Shown piece after piece: positions 1 to 13,054 of a DNA stretch of 64,000 nucleotides (positions are counted from its first letter, which is position 1; each line of letters begins with the position of its first letter). The stretch covers positions 9,863,660 through 9,927,659 of the forward strand of contig OZ316893.1 in the NCBI GenBank assembly GCA_973895155.1, read 5' to 3'. A program made the translations under genes and the position numbers. Below the pieces are notes generated by a model, which saw only the letters and a list, made by a program, of their open reading frames with translations, was not told the origin of the DNA and made no database searches. The DNA is from Marsupella aquatica. Its lineage: Eukaryota > Plantae > Marchantiophyta.

Positions 1-572
1 TGGAATAGTACTAGCGCAACAACGTCTGTTTCAACTTTCAACTTTTTCTATGTTTTGGTCATTATTCCCGTTTTGCGCCTTATGTGGAGCCTCCGGCCAG
101 CCCCCACCCCTCCGAGATGCCCCCACCTTGGCCTCCAAGTCCTTGGGCTGCCTTGTGGCCTCCTTGTACCCCCTCAATGGCTCCATTGTGATCCATCACC
201 GCCCAACACCCGTCTCAACTCCGGCCTCCGGTTGTCGCATCCATTTATTAGAACTAACAAAAATTAAAAAATTGAAAATCCAAACCCTTTTACTACACCT
301 ACTTGTGTTTCTACTTATATATGCAATTATAAGTCATCACTAAGTTACTACCGGGTTCGGGGCCATGTCACATCATGCCATGGCCATAGGCATGTTTACA
401 ATATGTTTATGCCACGATGCAAGATGTCACAACACCAAGGACTTTTGGACACCCAAAATATAGCAAACCTTTATACAAAGAAAATGGATGATTGAAGGAA
501 AGAATGATATGATCGAAAAGTGTTAATGCAAGTTGCAACAATCTTATATCTATATGCAACTTGGAAGAGTTT

Positions 573-1938
573 TTTTTTGTTTGTTTTTTTTTTGGGGGGG
601 GGGGAGAACCCCTCAACTTTTTAATTTTGAATAAAATCCGAGAAAGCCCACTGACGGGGGGAAACCAGAAGGCCAACAGGGGCAAGGGGTGGGCAAACCC
701 AACAAAAGCCCAAGGCAGAGGCTTAAAAACTCCCGGCAAAATCAATTAACCGTGGAGAAAAGTCTGCCCAAAAGACACTAAAACCAGAAGAGCCTAACAG
801 GCAAGGGCAGAGTGATCTCAGAGGTCCGACCTAGTTATCTGAGCCATACAATGAAAAGACACAATCATGAGAGAGGACTAGCATTGACTCTCCACCAGTA
901 AAACTACCAGGCAATGAGAACCTGCTAAACTTCATATGATATGATTTTGCCTCCACCGATTCTCTGCCATCTCTATTTTTCAGCATCAACATATCGTTTG
1001 GCTTTGATCAACCTTGTAAATTTCCTGCTCAGTGGTACAATGTGAGCAGCTGCATATAAGCTGACAGGCAATTCTGATAGAATCAAATGAATGTCAAAGG
1101 GGAGTCTGGCACAAGATTTGAACATTTGCTGATTCCTGCTATTCCATAGCATCCACAATATCTGATAAGTGAAAGGAAGCTTGAGGATAGATACAGTGGT
1201 TTGATCCAGTGCCGACTGTATCAGTTGAATCAAGTCAAAGCCAGACCATTGAATCACCCCAGGAAAACAGTGTGCAATAATGTCCCAGCAGTTTCTGGTA
1301 AAAAAGCAGAATTTGAAGATATGAGGAATAGTCTCTAATTGTCCAGGGCACAGAGCGCAGCAGCCGTCGCTCTTCCCAATCCTCCGAGCTCTGCTATGAG
1401 TGAAGAGTCCCTGAGCAATTACTCTCCAAATGAAGACTTTAGCACGAGTGGATAAGTAGGAAGACCACAATTGTTTCCAGAAATAATTCCACTCATAAGC
1501 AGATTTGTTGCAACTCCAAATAGCGTTCTAGCTTAGCTCATCTAAGCCTTTTGGCCTGAGAAACTGATAAGATTGTGCATTTGCTATTTTGAATTGACGA
1601 GGTATAGTTTGTTGTCTTCCCACCGCCACTGTCGGGCATTAGCTGCAACGGACTTGTTGTCCACACCTGCAACTCTGATGACTTGCAGTAGATTCTTACA
1701 GACTTCTATTGTAGTGTCTGAGACCTGTCTCAGTCTACCTAATTTTAGAGAGAAATCCTTCGTCGTATTTTCCGGATACTGCCAGCAGTTGCTCACTTTC
1801 TTGACTCCTAGTCGTCCGCATAGGATAGCAAGATCCATAGAATCCTCCAAAGATAGAGAGTGGAAACCCCTGATACAACGGTTTGCATCAGGGATGCCCC
1901 AATGTCCAGGAATACCCAGTGTCCCCGGACTCATAGAT
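573..1938 (-). mobile_element. 5'-truncated L1-clade LINE (zf-RVT region, 3' UTR, poly(A))
   Basis: ORF 973-1470 has the plant LINE zf-RVT pattern (KVFIWR...CALC...ETIPHIF..C...W). A poly(T) tract on + at ~571-593 is the minus-strand poly(A). A 12-bp TSD TTGGAAGAGTTT sits at 561-572 and 1939-1950. Confidence 0.9.
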
Positions 1939-2828
1939 TTGGAAGAGTTTATCTACGTATCTTGTCAAGTGTTCTAATCCATAATTATGCAAGTTGCAAC
2001 ACTTTATCCATTCAAGTGTTGTGATCTATATGCAAGTTGCAATAATTGATCAACGTATCTTTCCAAGTGTTGTGACTTATATGCAAGTTGCAATAATTCA
2101 TCCAAGTATCTTGTCAATTGTTACGGGTCCAGTTAGAGACTCTTGCAAATTTATAAATTTAGAGAAAATTCCATGTCATCCATTCATTCTTATCCGTTGG
2201 ATTTTAGTTATCAATGGTGGAGATTGCGCAACCTGTTGTATCACTTGTGTGATCATTCAAGACACTCGTGTGGCAACCGTGAAGAAAATGTTGGGTTCAT
2301 TTGCAAGAATGATACACATTCTTTGATGCCAAATTTAAACAAAAACTTGGATAGTACTTTGGGTAATAAAATAAGATAATAAGCTAGTCTTAACCATTGA
2401 TGTTTGTTGATCAATGATGAGAGTTGTGCAACGTGGGTTGATGCACAATAAAGTAGCTTGTGTAAAAATTGTCATGTGTGCAAGAATGGAAACGCGTGCA
2501 AGAATAGTAATATGTGTGAGAAGTATGACGCATGTCAAATCTATGCTAGTTTTCACTCAAAAACTGGGAAAGAGTAATTATTACATATGGGCCAATAATG
2601 TGGGTCAACTAACTTAAAGTTGAAGCCAAAATCAACATGGATCTCTAAAAAAAATCATTTTTGTTTTACTCAACCAAATGGGCTGAACATTCTCTACGGG
2701 ATAGAGGAAACCTGGGGGAATCTAGAGTTAAAGGTGGAGCTCAAACTTAGCTCCAAATTGTGAGTTAAAAATATATTGATATTACAACTTTGTCTTAATC
2801 CAATCTCAGTTACGGCAAGCCTACTTAA

Positions 2829-3192
2829 GGATGTGTGCACCTTAATATCTTAACTAATAACCTTATCAATTTCAAAGTTACAATTGGGGTCAAATAGTAC
2901 ACCGACCCTTGCGGATGTGTGCACCAAAATGCCTTAACTTGTAACCTTATTAATTTTAAAGTTACAATTGGGGTCAAACAATACACCGACCCTTGTGGAT
3001 GTGTGCACCCGAATGTCTTAACTTGTAACCTTATTAATTTTAAAGTTACAATTGGGGTCAAACAGTACACCGACCCTTGCGGATGTGTGCACCAGAATGC
3101 CTTAACTTGTAACCTTATTAAGTTTAAAGGTATAATTGGGGTCAAAATGTACACCAACCTTCCGGATGTGGGCACCAAGATGCCTTAACTTG
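2829..3192. repeat. 84-bp tandem repeat, about 4.3 copies
   Basis: GGATGTG(T/G)GCAC unit starts at 2829, 2913, 2997, 3081 and ~3164. The ORFs over it are repeat artefacts. Confidence 0.95.
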
Positions 3193-4854
3193 TGATCTTC
3201 TTAATTTTTAACGTAAAAACAATGTTATGTTAAGAGTAGTATCAAATGTTGATCTTGCTTTTGCTATTTCTATTGGAAAAGGAATTTCAAAAGGAAATAA
3301 CTCTCAATCTAAAGTCTTCTTATGCCTTTCTTTGTAGCAAAGTTCCTTAGATAGAGTATCAATATTTACATCTTTTCAGTTGTCAAGATTTGAAAAAGTA
3401 TTTACAAGTAAAATATGAAACTCCAATTTTCAGGTCAAACAGTTCACTAAGTTTAGATCTGAATATCAGATGTTGCAAACTATAACTTTTCATTTTCTTT
3501 TATCTAGAAATAATTATCACAAATCAATGGACTAAGGTGAAATCTTGGAATTGAACAAATGTTTGAAATAGGTTTATCACAAAATATATTAGCAATCACG
3601 ACCATAAGGAGAGAAGAGAAAGAAGGCAAACCTGTATTTCAAGTGTTGTCACAAAGTTGAGCTTGCTATTGATTATCAAATAATTCGTAAACTCTCCCAA
3701 GTTTGTCTAGCAACCAAGAGTAAAATGTTCATCTCAAGAAAGGGTGGGGGGGGGGGCTCAACCATTGAATTGAAAGGACATTGGGCCACTTCACAACTAA
3801 TAAAATCCATACAAACTGTAATTATTAAACAAAACATGCAATTCTACAAACCTACCTGGGTCACATGATGAGAGCCATACAAAAAATACTCTGCCACTTG
3901 ATGTCCGCCTCCAAGGTTGAATGTCTCCTGTAAACCGTACTCCCACCTGGCCTGAAGTATGCTATTAAACCCCACTATGATCACCCTAGGCACATCAAAA
4001 GAGTCATGAGTTCAACCTCCAATCAGCCTTCACAAGCACAACAAATTAGTCCATAAATATTGAACACAACATCACTAAATCTCCTATCCAACCTATTTTT
4101 GTTCAGTTTATTAGTTATAATATGTCCATAATGGAGAAAGCTACATTTAATAATAAGACAAAATAACATCATAAAGTACAATTGATTACATAATCCACAT
4201 CATGCAAGAAAACAAGAGTTCATAATCCCATGAAAGTTTGTCTATATGACCTCTCTCTCCAACACCTATGATGATTCTACACTTATGGTTTTTGTCTTTG
4301 TTTCCACTTGCCATGATCATTAGGACATTGATGAGAATTTTGTTTTATTAGCATATATTAACAAATTGAATCTTCAAACTAAGTTGCCCAAGATAATATC
4401 ATAGATATTTACAACTAGTGGTTCAATATAAGCCATCATTTTTCTTGTCGCATCCTCTTATTATTATATATGAGCTTTAGATGTCATTCCTACAAAATTA
4501 AATTTTATGCACATGAATTTAAAATGACAAATTTATAAGGCTCCTTTCAATGCACTTTTGGCAATCTAATCTAGCCTACATATATAGAACACTCCTTTGA
4601 CTGCACTTTGACAATGTGATCTAGCCCATACACAACATTCTGTTGAATGCACGATCCACCGAAAAAAGAATTGAGCTGGACCCACATACTAGTTGTGATA
4701 TGTAGTAGTGTGGTTCCTTGTAGGACAGAGTAGCGTTATCCCTACCTACAGTTTTGCAATTTAGTGTGGTCAAGCCAAGAATTTGGGCAAAAAGTGGTCA
4801 CGGTAAGTATCTTTTACTCCAAATCTCATTGTAGGGAAAGTAGGTTTTTTAACC

Positions 4855-5193
4855 AATTGGCTTACGTCAATTGGCTAGGGGATTTGCCTGGAACTGAGAG
4901 GTCCCAGGTTCAATCCCCCCTCCACACACTGGGGTGTGGAGGGTATTTGTGTGTGGGTGGGATGGGTTTTGTGGGTAGTGGATTGGAGTTCTGATTATCT
5001 GCTCGGCCCCTGGTCGTCCACTTTGTGGCCCTGATTTAATCCTCTCTCCTTCCTTTTGCGGGTCCCTGTCGGATCAGTTGGGGCTCACCCTGGTCTGGGT
5101 TCCCTACAGAAAAATTGTCACATTGGGATGGGGGGAGTCTAATTGTATTTCCTCCCCATTTCCGTTCAAGACAAAAAAAAAACCAAAAAAAAA
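4855..5193 (+). mobile_element. Putative tRNA-derived SINE, copy 1
   Basis: B-box-like GGTTCAATCC at 4907-4916, preceded by a TGGCT A-box-like segment. A-rich tail at 5173-5193. A homologous head occurs at ~55531-55645. Confidence 0.6.
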
Positions 5194-5540
5194 TAGTTTT
5201 AAAAATTATTTAATTGAGAATTTATAGGTTGTTAGAACAGAGAAGCACTAACCTGACACAATTAAATTTACTGTAGTGGAAGCAGGAATCTAGGCAACAA
5301 CTACTCATCGAAGGAATGTTTTTTAAAGGTTATTTAGAAAGGGACTTGAAATATGTATAACGGAATAATATCTTTGTTCTAATGGTTTTTATTTTAATAG
5401 GTATTATAGGATTTTAGTACGGAACAACATGTTTTTTATTATTTGTAAAGGAATAGAGTGACATCCAGGTGAGATGTGCAGAAAATGGGGAATATGAGGG
5501 TGGCTTTAATTAAAAGAAGTGGCGACACTTGTGACTGTTT

Positions 5541-5806
5541 TTTCCGTCAAAGCAAAATGAAGTACCACTTCCTTGTCTAACATAAACTCAACACCAACGA
5601 GTTTTTGCACAAGTTCGATAAATAATGCAAAGTGTCTTCAATGAACGAGCCAAAAGTTTGGAAAGGTACTTTTTTTTTCGTCAAAGCAAAATGAAGTAGC
5701 ACTTCCTTGTCTAAACATAAGCTCGACACCAAAGATTTTTTTGCACTGAAGTTCAATAAAATAATGCAAACTTTCTTGAATGAACTAGCCGAAAGTTTGG
5801 AAAGGC
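5541..5806. repeat. ~134-bp direct duplication (2 copies)
   Basis: TTTT.CGTCAAAGCAAAATGAAGTA.CACTTCCTTGTCTAA...AAAGTTTGGAAAGG occurs at ~5541-5667 and ~5675-5806. Confidence 0.9.
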
Positions 5807-6204
5807 TTGGACCGTCTAGAGAGGTAGTCTAAAATATTAGACAAAAGAAGCTCTCCATGTCTGTATTTCCTTGGGCCCACTGTTGCCATGTAGGATGAGT
5901 TGAGACTATAAATGAGTGAGATTTAGAGTTCTTGTAAAGCCCCTGCAGGGTATCTTCTAATTGTACAGTCTAGATTTAATCTTAGATGAAATAGAAAGAA
6001 CCCAATGGACCCCAGTTTTGTTAAGCCACCTTGAGTAACAGTAAAATGCCATTTGCAATGAAATGTTTGCTAAGTCTATCCTCAAAATGCACTTTTACCA
6101 GTTGAACCTGCAAAACCTAGGAGTAATCTTGCCCCCACAGTAAGACTCCCCCATCACTGGCATAGAGTCTCCCTCACCAGGGTCCCAGAGTCTCTCCTAG
6201 ATTA

Positions 6205-7460
6205 GGGTGTCTCAAACCTGCACATTTCCAAGCATTTCTGTGCAGCCAGGATGAAAAATATTTGTTTGCAGTCATGACTGAAACTGGAATTTTGGTCAAA
6301 TTTACTCACCGGGGGGCCTGGATGTGAGACCGCAGGCCCCTACAGAAGAGCCCACATCATGAACTTTTCAAAGGGTGCCAACTATTCTTGAAGGGTGCCA
6401 ATGCACTTTGTGTGGAGCTATTCTTGGTGCGGGTTCACTGACTGCAGGCTGAGTTAGTGATGGTCATAATTTGTAGGAACCGCAGATGTTTGGTTAGCAA
6501 CCTGGCTCGCAACATTCTGGTCACAGGAAACCTCCAGAAAACAACGAGTTTGAGATGCCCTGTTGCTTCAAATTAATCAATCATGGCATTCATTCCACCT
6601 TTTTTCTTGTATCTTATTTTAACCGTGGCAAACAAACCCAGCAAGCAGTTTTGGGGATGACAATTCATACACTACTAGAAAGAAAACGAAGGAACGAACC
6701 AGGGCTGACAAGTCATACACTGTAAAGTGAAATTAACAAGCAACCCAGGGCTAATAAGTCACACACCAAAAAAAATGAAGAGGTAAGTAACCCAGGGTTG
6801 ACAAGTCATACACTGAAAAGTAACACAAGCAGGCAACACAACCCAGGTCGGACAAGTCATTCCAGAGTGTCAATGTCCGTGTAATAAATGACAAGTTAGC
6901 TTTATTGACAAAAATAAATTTTCTTGACCTGTAATGAAACAATAGATGTGATTGTCTTTTCTTCCACAGCTTACACATGGAAGCCTGTAAGTTACAGTCT
7001 TCCACTTACTTGTTTAGCTGTCATGCAATGACACAGAAGTAAATTATTATATTAGGTAGGGGTCTCAAATATGCACCGTCTGCTCTTTCAGGATAGGGCC
7101 AGTGCCTGTAAGGTGACCCGCGGATGAGTTCAAGATTTGTTGAGCTAGTTTATTTCAGTCCCTCAACATACAGCCAGGCTGCTGTGGGGAGGGGGTGGCC
7201 ATCCGCAATATGAGAAATCATGTAACCTGAGTGCGTGGCCTAGGCCTAAGGATGCCCCACACATTTCAGTCGTGTCCTGCCAAACCTAGACCCGGACTGC
7301 TGTTAGACTCCCTGCGGGCTATATTAGGGCATCTCAAACCTCATGTTTCTGCCTTCAATCATGGTGTCCCCACAATCCTGACCCGTGATCAAAACTGATA
7401 GTTTTGGGCGCCATTTTTTCCCGCAGCTTCAAGGTTTGACTCCCTATTTGAGAGCCCCTA
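6205..7460. mobile_element. Cluster of Tourist-like (PIF/Harbinger-derived) MITEs and ends
   Basis: TTA+GGGTGTCTCAAAC at 6205 pairs with GTTTGAGATGCCC at 6548-6560. TAGGGGTCTCAAATA (7057-7071) pairs with TATTTGAGAGCCCCTA (7445-7460). There is an extra TTA+GGGCATCTCAAACC end at 7327. TSDs are imperfect. Confidence 0.55.
6697..6862. repeat. Degenerate ~45-50-bp tandem repeat, about 4 copies
   Basis: Recurring AACC(C)AGGG.TGACAAGTCATACAC motif. Confidence 0.8.
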
Positions 7461-8611
7461 TTGAATCTTTGATCAAAAAGAAAATGCTCAATTTTCCAGA
7501 TCAAAGGAAACCAAGGTTTTAGATTGATGCGAGGATTGATGAAAAGGACAAGGAACCCAACTTATGACAAAATGGCATGGAAGCTGTCTGTCTGGCTCTC
7601 ATGCCAATTAAAAGTCAGGGCTACGGGTCCCCCAAAAATCATTAATGATTCTCTGTACCTTCTACCCACAGGCTGCTGCCCAAAGTATATGCAACGGAAA
7701 GAGGTTAAAAACTCTCACGCTTTTGTCCAGCAGACTCTCACATAGTGGTAGCTCATGCGAGTGCGGAGCTGGAGGTGCTAAGAGAAGGGTTCCATACGCA
7801 TACGGGCGCGGAGTGCCCATCCGCGTGGACCCCACAAGGCCCCACATCCCCAGCGACTTGGGAGGCCGTTGGCAGACCGGCCCATAGTCGCATGGGACAA
7901 CAGCGGGCTGCCCCCGCCCCCTCGCTCCCCGGTTTCCCATTGCCAGCCCTTCTCGCTTCACCCGGCTCCTTCTCACCCGACTCCTGCTTGCTTGCCCGGC
8001 TCCTGCGAGCTTGCTTGCCTGACCATGATCCCACGGGGAGTCGTAGCGCCTTTGCCCAGCCACGAGCCCCGACACCATAGCTCAAGCTCTCGAGCTTCTG
8101 AGCTCTCAAGCTTTGGAGCTCAAGATTGATGAGCTTCCACCATAGATCTAGCACCTGAATGCAATTGTCGCCGATGCGTTCTACATGTCCGATGTGCTCC
8201 TTGCTCAGCTTCATCGCTTTTGAAGCCTCGGCCAATATTGTAGGTTTTACTGCCAGACCTAAATCAATTCGAGGTCAGTTTCAATTCAACACATTTCCTT
8301 GCACACTGCAAGAGGGATGACGCTTTTTGTTGGTGGAGTTCATAGCATTGCCCAAGCTTCAACTTTGACTGATCGAAGCTTCATTCTGGGAAATAAGTTT
8401 CTCTCATTTCAGGTGTGTACATGAATTGTTCAGTAATTAAATTGATATTTTGAATAACATAGAATGCATTCTCGTATGCTGAAATGTGGAATCTCTTAAG
8501 AAGGCATTGTGAACGTAGGCTTCAATTTTAGCAATTACCTGAACTTCATGTTTTCTCCTCTGTTTTATCGCTCCACAACAATTCATTGTCATGGAATGTT
8601 CTTAGAAATCC

Positions 8612-9943
8612 TTGTTTGATTTCTTCATGGCAACCACAAGCTCTCATATGAGAACTCCCATGGCAGGGGTCATGAATACTGTTGGGGACATATTGGAACA
8701 GACAGACCTCCCTGATCTAAATGAATCTGTCCCCACTACTAGAGCACAGGGCAGACCTCCTCCTCGCAGGTTTCAAGCTGCTTGTGGGCCCCATCCATTC
8801 CATTCAATACTGGGAACCCTTGCTTCCTTGATGGCCTCAATTGGCACTGTTGTCCACTTGATGATGCCTCTTTTTGAGAGTTCCACCTCTTTTCTACTTG
8901 AGTCCATGGACAATACTGAGCTCACCCAATCAACATTATGTAGAGCATTGTTGTTTTCTCACATAGTGCCAGCATTTTTGCAAGCCATTGGGTTAGTCCA
9001 TATTCGGCCAAGACAAATTGTTGACCAGTGGTACATTAAACCCCGCACATGGCAGAGATTAATAATCTGGATTGATGAAACTCCTTGGGAGGATCCACAT
9101 CATTTTCAAGAGTTCTTTCGGATCAGTCCTCCATTATTTTTCTACATATGTGAACTTGTGCACAATGATATGATCACAGACCCTCCTGTGTCATTGCGAA
9201 TCCTACCTAATCGACAATTGTTGGTAATGAGACAAGTGGCTCTTGCATTGAGACGTCTGGCTACTGGCGATACTTTTTTGACACTAGGTGAGTTGTTTGG
9301 AGTCTCAAAGAGTTCTGCTGTGAAGGTCACTTGGAAATTCATTTCCTCTTTGCGAAGGAGGGATGCACATTTCATTCAGTGGCCAGACGAGGCGGGTCTT
9401 CTTGAAGTGAAACAAGGATTTCAGGATAGATGGGGTTTTCTGAATTGTTGTGGAGCTATTCATGGCACTCACTTGCCTATTGAGCTCCCATTTGATGAGG
9501 ACTCCACCCAGTATTATGATTGGAAACATAAACTCTCAGTCTCTATGCAAGCAATCTGTGATCAGAAATTGCAATTTTTGGATGTATGTTGTGGGCTGCC
9601 TGGAAGCATTCAGAATACAAGATTGATGAGGATGTCCCAATTTTATTACCAAGTCACACAGCACCGTACTTGATTGAGTGTCCGACCTCTATTCCGTTGC
9701 CAAGATGGTAGGATGCTACAAGAATATATCATTGGGGATGCAGGGTACCCATTACTCCCCTGGCTGATTGTTCCTTTTGCCAGAGGTGTGTCAGAGCAGA
9801 CCGATGCTTTTAATTACAAGCTGTCTAGCACACGGATGTGTGTGGAAAGAGCTTTTGGTAGGTTGAAAGGGACATGGCAAATTCTGAGTAGGGTATTGTG
9901 GAAGCCTTGGGCCGATGATCTATTGTTGTTGTGTTCTCCATAA
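8612..9943 (+). pseudogene. Harbinger/HARBI1-like DDE transposase (DDE_Tnp_4), disrupted
   Basis: Motifs FQEFFRISPPLF, ALALRRLATG, GAI[H]GTH, PGS, IIGDAGYPL, R.CVERAFGRLKG.W. In-frame TGA at 9671-9673 joins ORFs 8612-9673 and 9674-9943. Two conserved Asp positions read H and N. Confidence 0.92.
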
Positions 9944-10578
9944 CCTAATTATTGATAGGAACGATGGGCTGCCAAATGTGGTTTGACAACACTACCCTCC
10001 TCATCCACCAGGCTATGCAGGAGTCTTGCATCCCAATTGAAGAGTGTATAGATGGGGACCAGAAGCAAGAGTGGCTTTGATGGACCATGTAGGATAGTGA
10101 GGAATATAGATCAGTAGTACTGTCCATAACAGATCAATTATGAAGCCATTGTAATATAATCAATTTTAAAGCAATGCTTCTATTTTCAAAAAGCTTCCAA
10201 CACCATTCATTTGTGTATTATTTTAGAGTTTAAATCTCAGATTTTGTGTATGCAAACCTGTTGTTACCAGGCCAATTAGATGGCAGATCATTCAGACAAT
10301 ATTTTGCACAAATTGAATGTTTGAATTTGAAAGCATCAAAATATCTTCTGCAGGATCAAACATTGTTGACAGAGAAATTGATAGATTCTTTGAACGTGTC
10401 ACTTACAAAACATCAAAATATCTTCTGCGGAAGCAAAAATTGTCGATCTGAACACCTTCAGTTGTTCTATTCATGATCAGTTTCAAAATTGTACCTAGTT
10501 TTGTAGCATTTGTCTTTCTCACTACTAACTACAATCATCAGATGGATGTATAGAGACTTGAGAAGAGAAGTAAATCTA

Positions 10579-11634
10579 TCAACTGTCTATTGATTGTCTC
10601 AATCCATCTGCAAGGTATCGGACAGAATTGGCAATGAAAGCAAGAGCATTTGCAACATCCAACCCTGTCTGTCTGGCAGATCGCGTAGCTTCTACTTGAG
10701 CTGACAAGGTATCAGCATGTCTCCTATTGTTAAATGAGAGGAGTTCAATGTGCTCCTCCCTTCTTGCCAGACGGTCCTCTGCAATTGCTTTCACAAAATG
10801 ATCAGTAACCTTGTGCATCTCATCTCGGGTCCTCTCAAATGTTTTTTTCCCTTTCCAACCCCTAGTGGTAGATGGCTCAGCATCTCCCTGTCCACATATA
10901 GAGGCTGGGCTTCTTCCCATGGGAGATGGGTTGGGGGAGCTGGTTGGTTGAGAGGGTGTTGATCGCTCCCTACCGGTGTCACCAGTCTGATAAGCAAGAG
11001 TTGGCGGATCACGAGTGGTTGGTGGTGGTACATATGAACTATCCAAAGGGTCTGCCTCAGTATCTGGGTCCTCATATGCAACATGAGGGCTTTGATCATT
11101 TGTGTCACCTCCACCAATGTCTGAATTGCTACTAGACCAGGGTTGGGATTCAGGATTCTGGCTAGGTCTTGGGTCCATGGATCTACGAACAGCTTCGGAA
11201 GCCTCGGCATCTGCTGTGCTGTCAACATACTGATTTGGGTGTGGATTGACAGCTCTATTTGTCGGGACAAATATCACCATAGCCTCATAAATATCCTCCT
11301 GGAATGTAGTGGGCAAGCCTCGATCTTTCTTGTCAGATCTATGCAACTCAAAATACCCATCACCACCTGAGGGAGTTTGGGCCTGGAAATCATAAATCTT
11401 CTTGAAATCTGTCAATAATTTCTCCCACCTTTTCTTGCATTGTTTCCAGCCTCTTTGAACATTGTTGGCTTTGCACATCTCGTCAATTTCCTTCCATCTC
11501 TGCTCAGCTGTTCGAATTTGTTCTCGGGAGGAATCCAGCTGGGACTGATCTTGTTGGTATTTCTTGCTGTCCACAAGAACCAGAAGTTCTCTAGTGTCCC
11601 ATTGAGCACTACCTCATCGATCCTCTGCTGCCAT
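10579..11634 (-). pseudogene. Harbinger Myb/SANT-like (trihelix) DNA-binding protein, with an early nonsense codon
   Basis: From ATG 11634 it reads MAAEDR*GSAQWDTRELLVLV...RWKEI...QCKKRWEKLLTDFKKIYD (trihelix Trp spacing). TGA at codon 7. Confidence 0.88.
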
Positions 11635-13054
11635 CTCCACAAGATTCATTTGTAGTTAATTTTAAGTTCAATTTAGTGTATAGTTTGATCCTCCATCAAA
11701 TTTCAGAGTTCAGATTTATGCAGTGTAGTAGTTGATTCGGGAGAGAAACAAAATGATTCAATGTAGTCAATGCATTCAAATAGGAGAAACATAGAAAGTT
11801 TCTATGCAGTCTCGTAGAGCCGATTGCACTGTCCAAATTGAACATAAAACCGACGAGGATTCGTGGATAGAATTTCTCAAAGAGAAATCAAAGCTGGGTT
11901 GGACCACTACTGGACGAAAAATGCAGAGAGAGAGAGTAAGTTGACAGCATTTGCGGATTCAAAACATTGTCCACTTATATTAATTCACAGCTTTGGACCC
12001 TTTGGACTTGGTTACATCATACATTGAGCCTACTTGACAAAGCCTGGTTGATCAATCAGTCCTTGAATTCAGCCCACCTCCAAGCGTAGCTGATCTTCCA
12101 GAAACGTCCGCAGCGCAATGAAGCTGTCATGAAACTTACAAAAAATATCACTAGTGCTCTTTTAGAACAATGGACAAGCTTTGGCAGCAGCTGCACCAAT
12201 AGCTATGGTGCAAGCTTGGCTCGACAAAAAGCTATGGTGGAAGCCCGTTTGAATGAACAAAAAGCTATGGCGGGAGTCTTCAGTCAAGCAACCACAAAGT
12301 CTGCAGCGCAAAAAGTTTTTGGCGGACACGAACCTCCGCAGCAGAGCGCACAACAGCCGCAGCCGGGTCGCCAATATTTGGTGGGCAGGGGCGGAACTGC
12401 AAAGCCAGGCCCTGGAGCTGCTTTGACCGCCAACTGGCGGTTTGCCCTAGCAGGGTGACCTCCTGTTGCCCGTTGCCCACAAGGGGCAAGGGCACCCTGC
12501 AAGGAGCGGGTGGGCTCGTCCCCCTCCTCACTTCCTCCTCTCCCCTCACCCTGCGCTCCCTATTAGTATGGGCCCTGCGTGGCAGGGCATCCACAGTCGT
12601 TGGGGCTTCCGTGCACATTGGGACTCCGCGCCCGTACACGCATGGAACCCACCCTAAGATGAAATCCTGCGCTAGGTGTACCTCTTTTACAGAAACCCCA
12701 CCCAAAAGTGGAGATCAGACTACTCTTGTGACACTTAGAAAAAATGTCAATTTATGGATTTTTTTGGGCAACGAACAGGCAGTGGACTGGCAGCCGACAT
12801 ACGGAAAGCCATTAATGACTTTCCAGGGAATCCCCTTGAATCAATTTAATACTCAATGACGTTGTTTCTTCTTGAGCTGTCACAAACTGATGAGGAAGCC
12901 CATCTTACTTATAAAGCCTGAAGGGGAAGCCGTGTCAGGTCTAGGCTTCTAGAATGAAACCTCTAGAGCATGACTCTAGGGCCCCACCAAAGTGTATGTG
13001 CATAGACATGGTGATATTGTGTATGACACAAGCCCAATGCCCGACGTGCATTGC

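Larger units (their letters stand above)
7782..12654. mobile_element. Full-length PIF/Harbinger DNA transposon (degenerate)
   Basis: ~50-bp imperfect TIRs: GGGTTCCATACGCATACGGGCGCGGAGT at 7787 versus ACTCCGCGCCCGTACACGCATGGAACCC ending at 12650. TAA TSD at 7779-7781 and 12655-12657. Contains convergent nuclease and Myb/SANT genes. Confidence 0.88.

Noticed and set aside
2829-3192. Regularly spaced repeats resembling a CRISPR array or repeat protein
   Set aside because: The whole 84-bp unit repeats, with no unique spacers and no cas genes. The context is eukaryotic.
4870-4925. Possible tRNA gene
   Set aside because: Only the T-arm/B-box resembles tRNA and no cloverleaf can be built. It fits a SINE head better.
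8612-11634. Domesticated HARBI1/ALP1 plus trihelix host gene pair
   Set aside because: Flanked by TIRs and a TAA TSD, and both ORFs contain stops.
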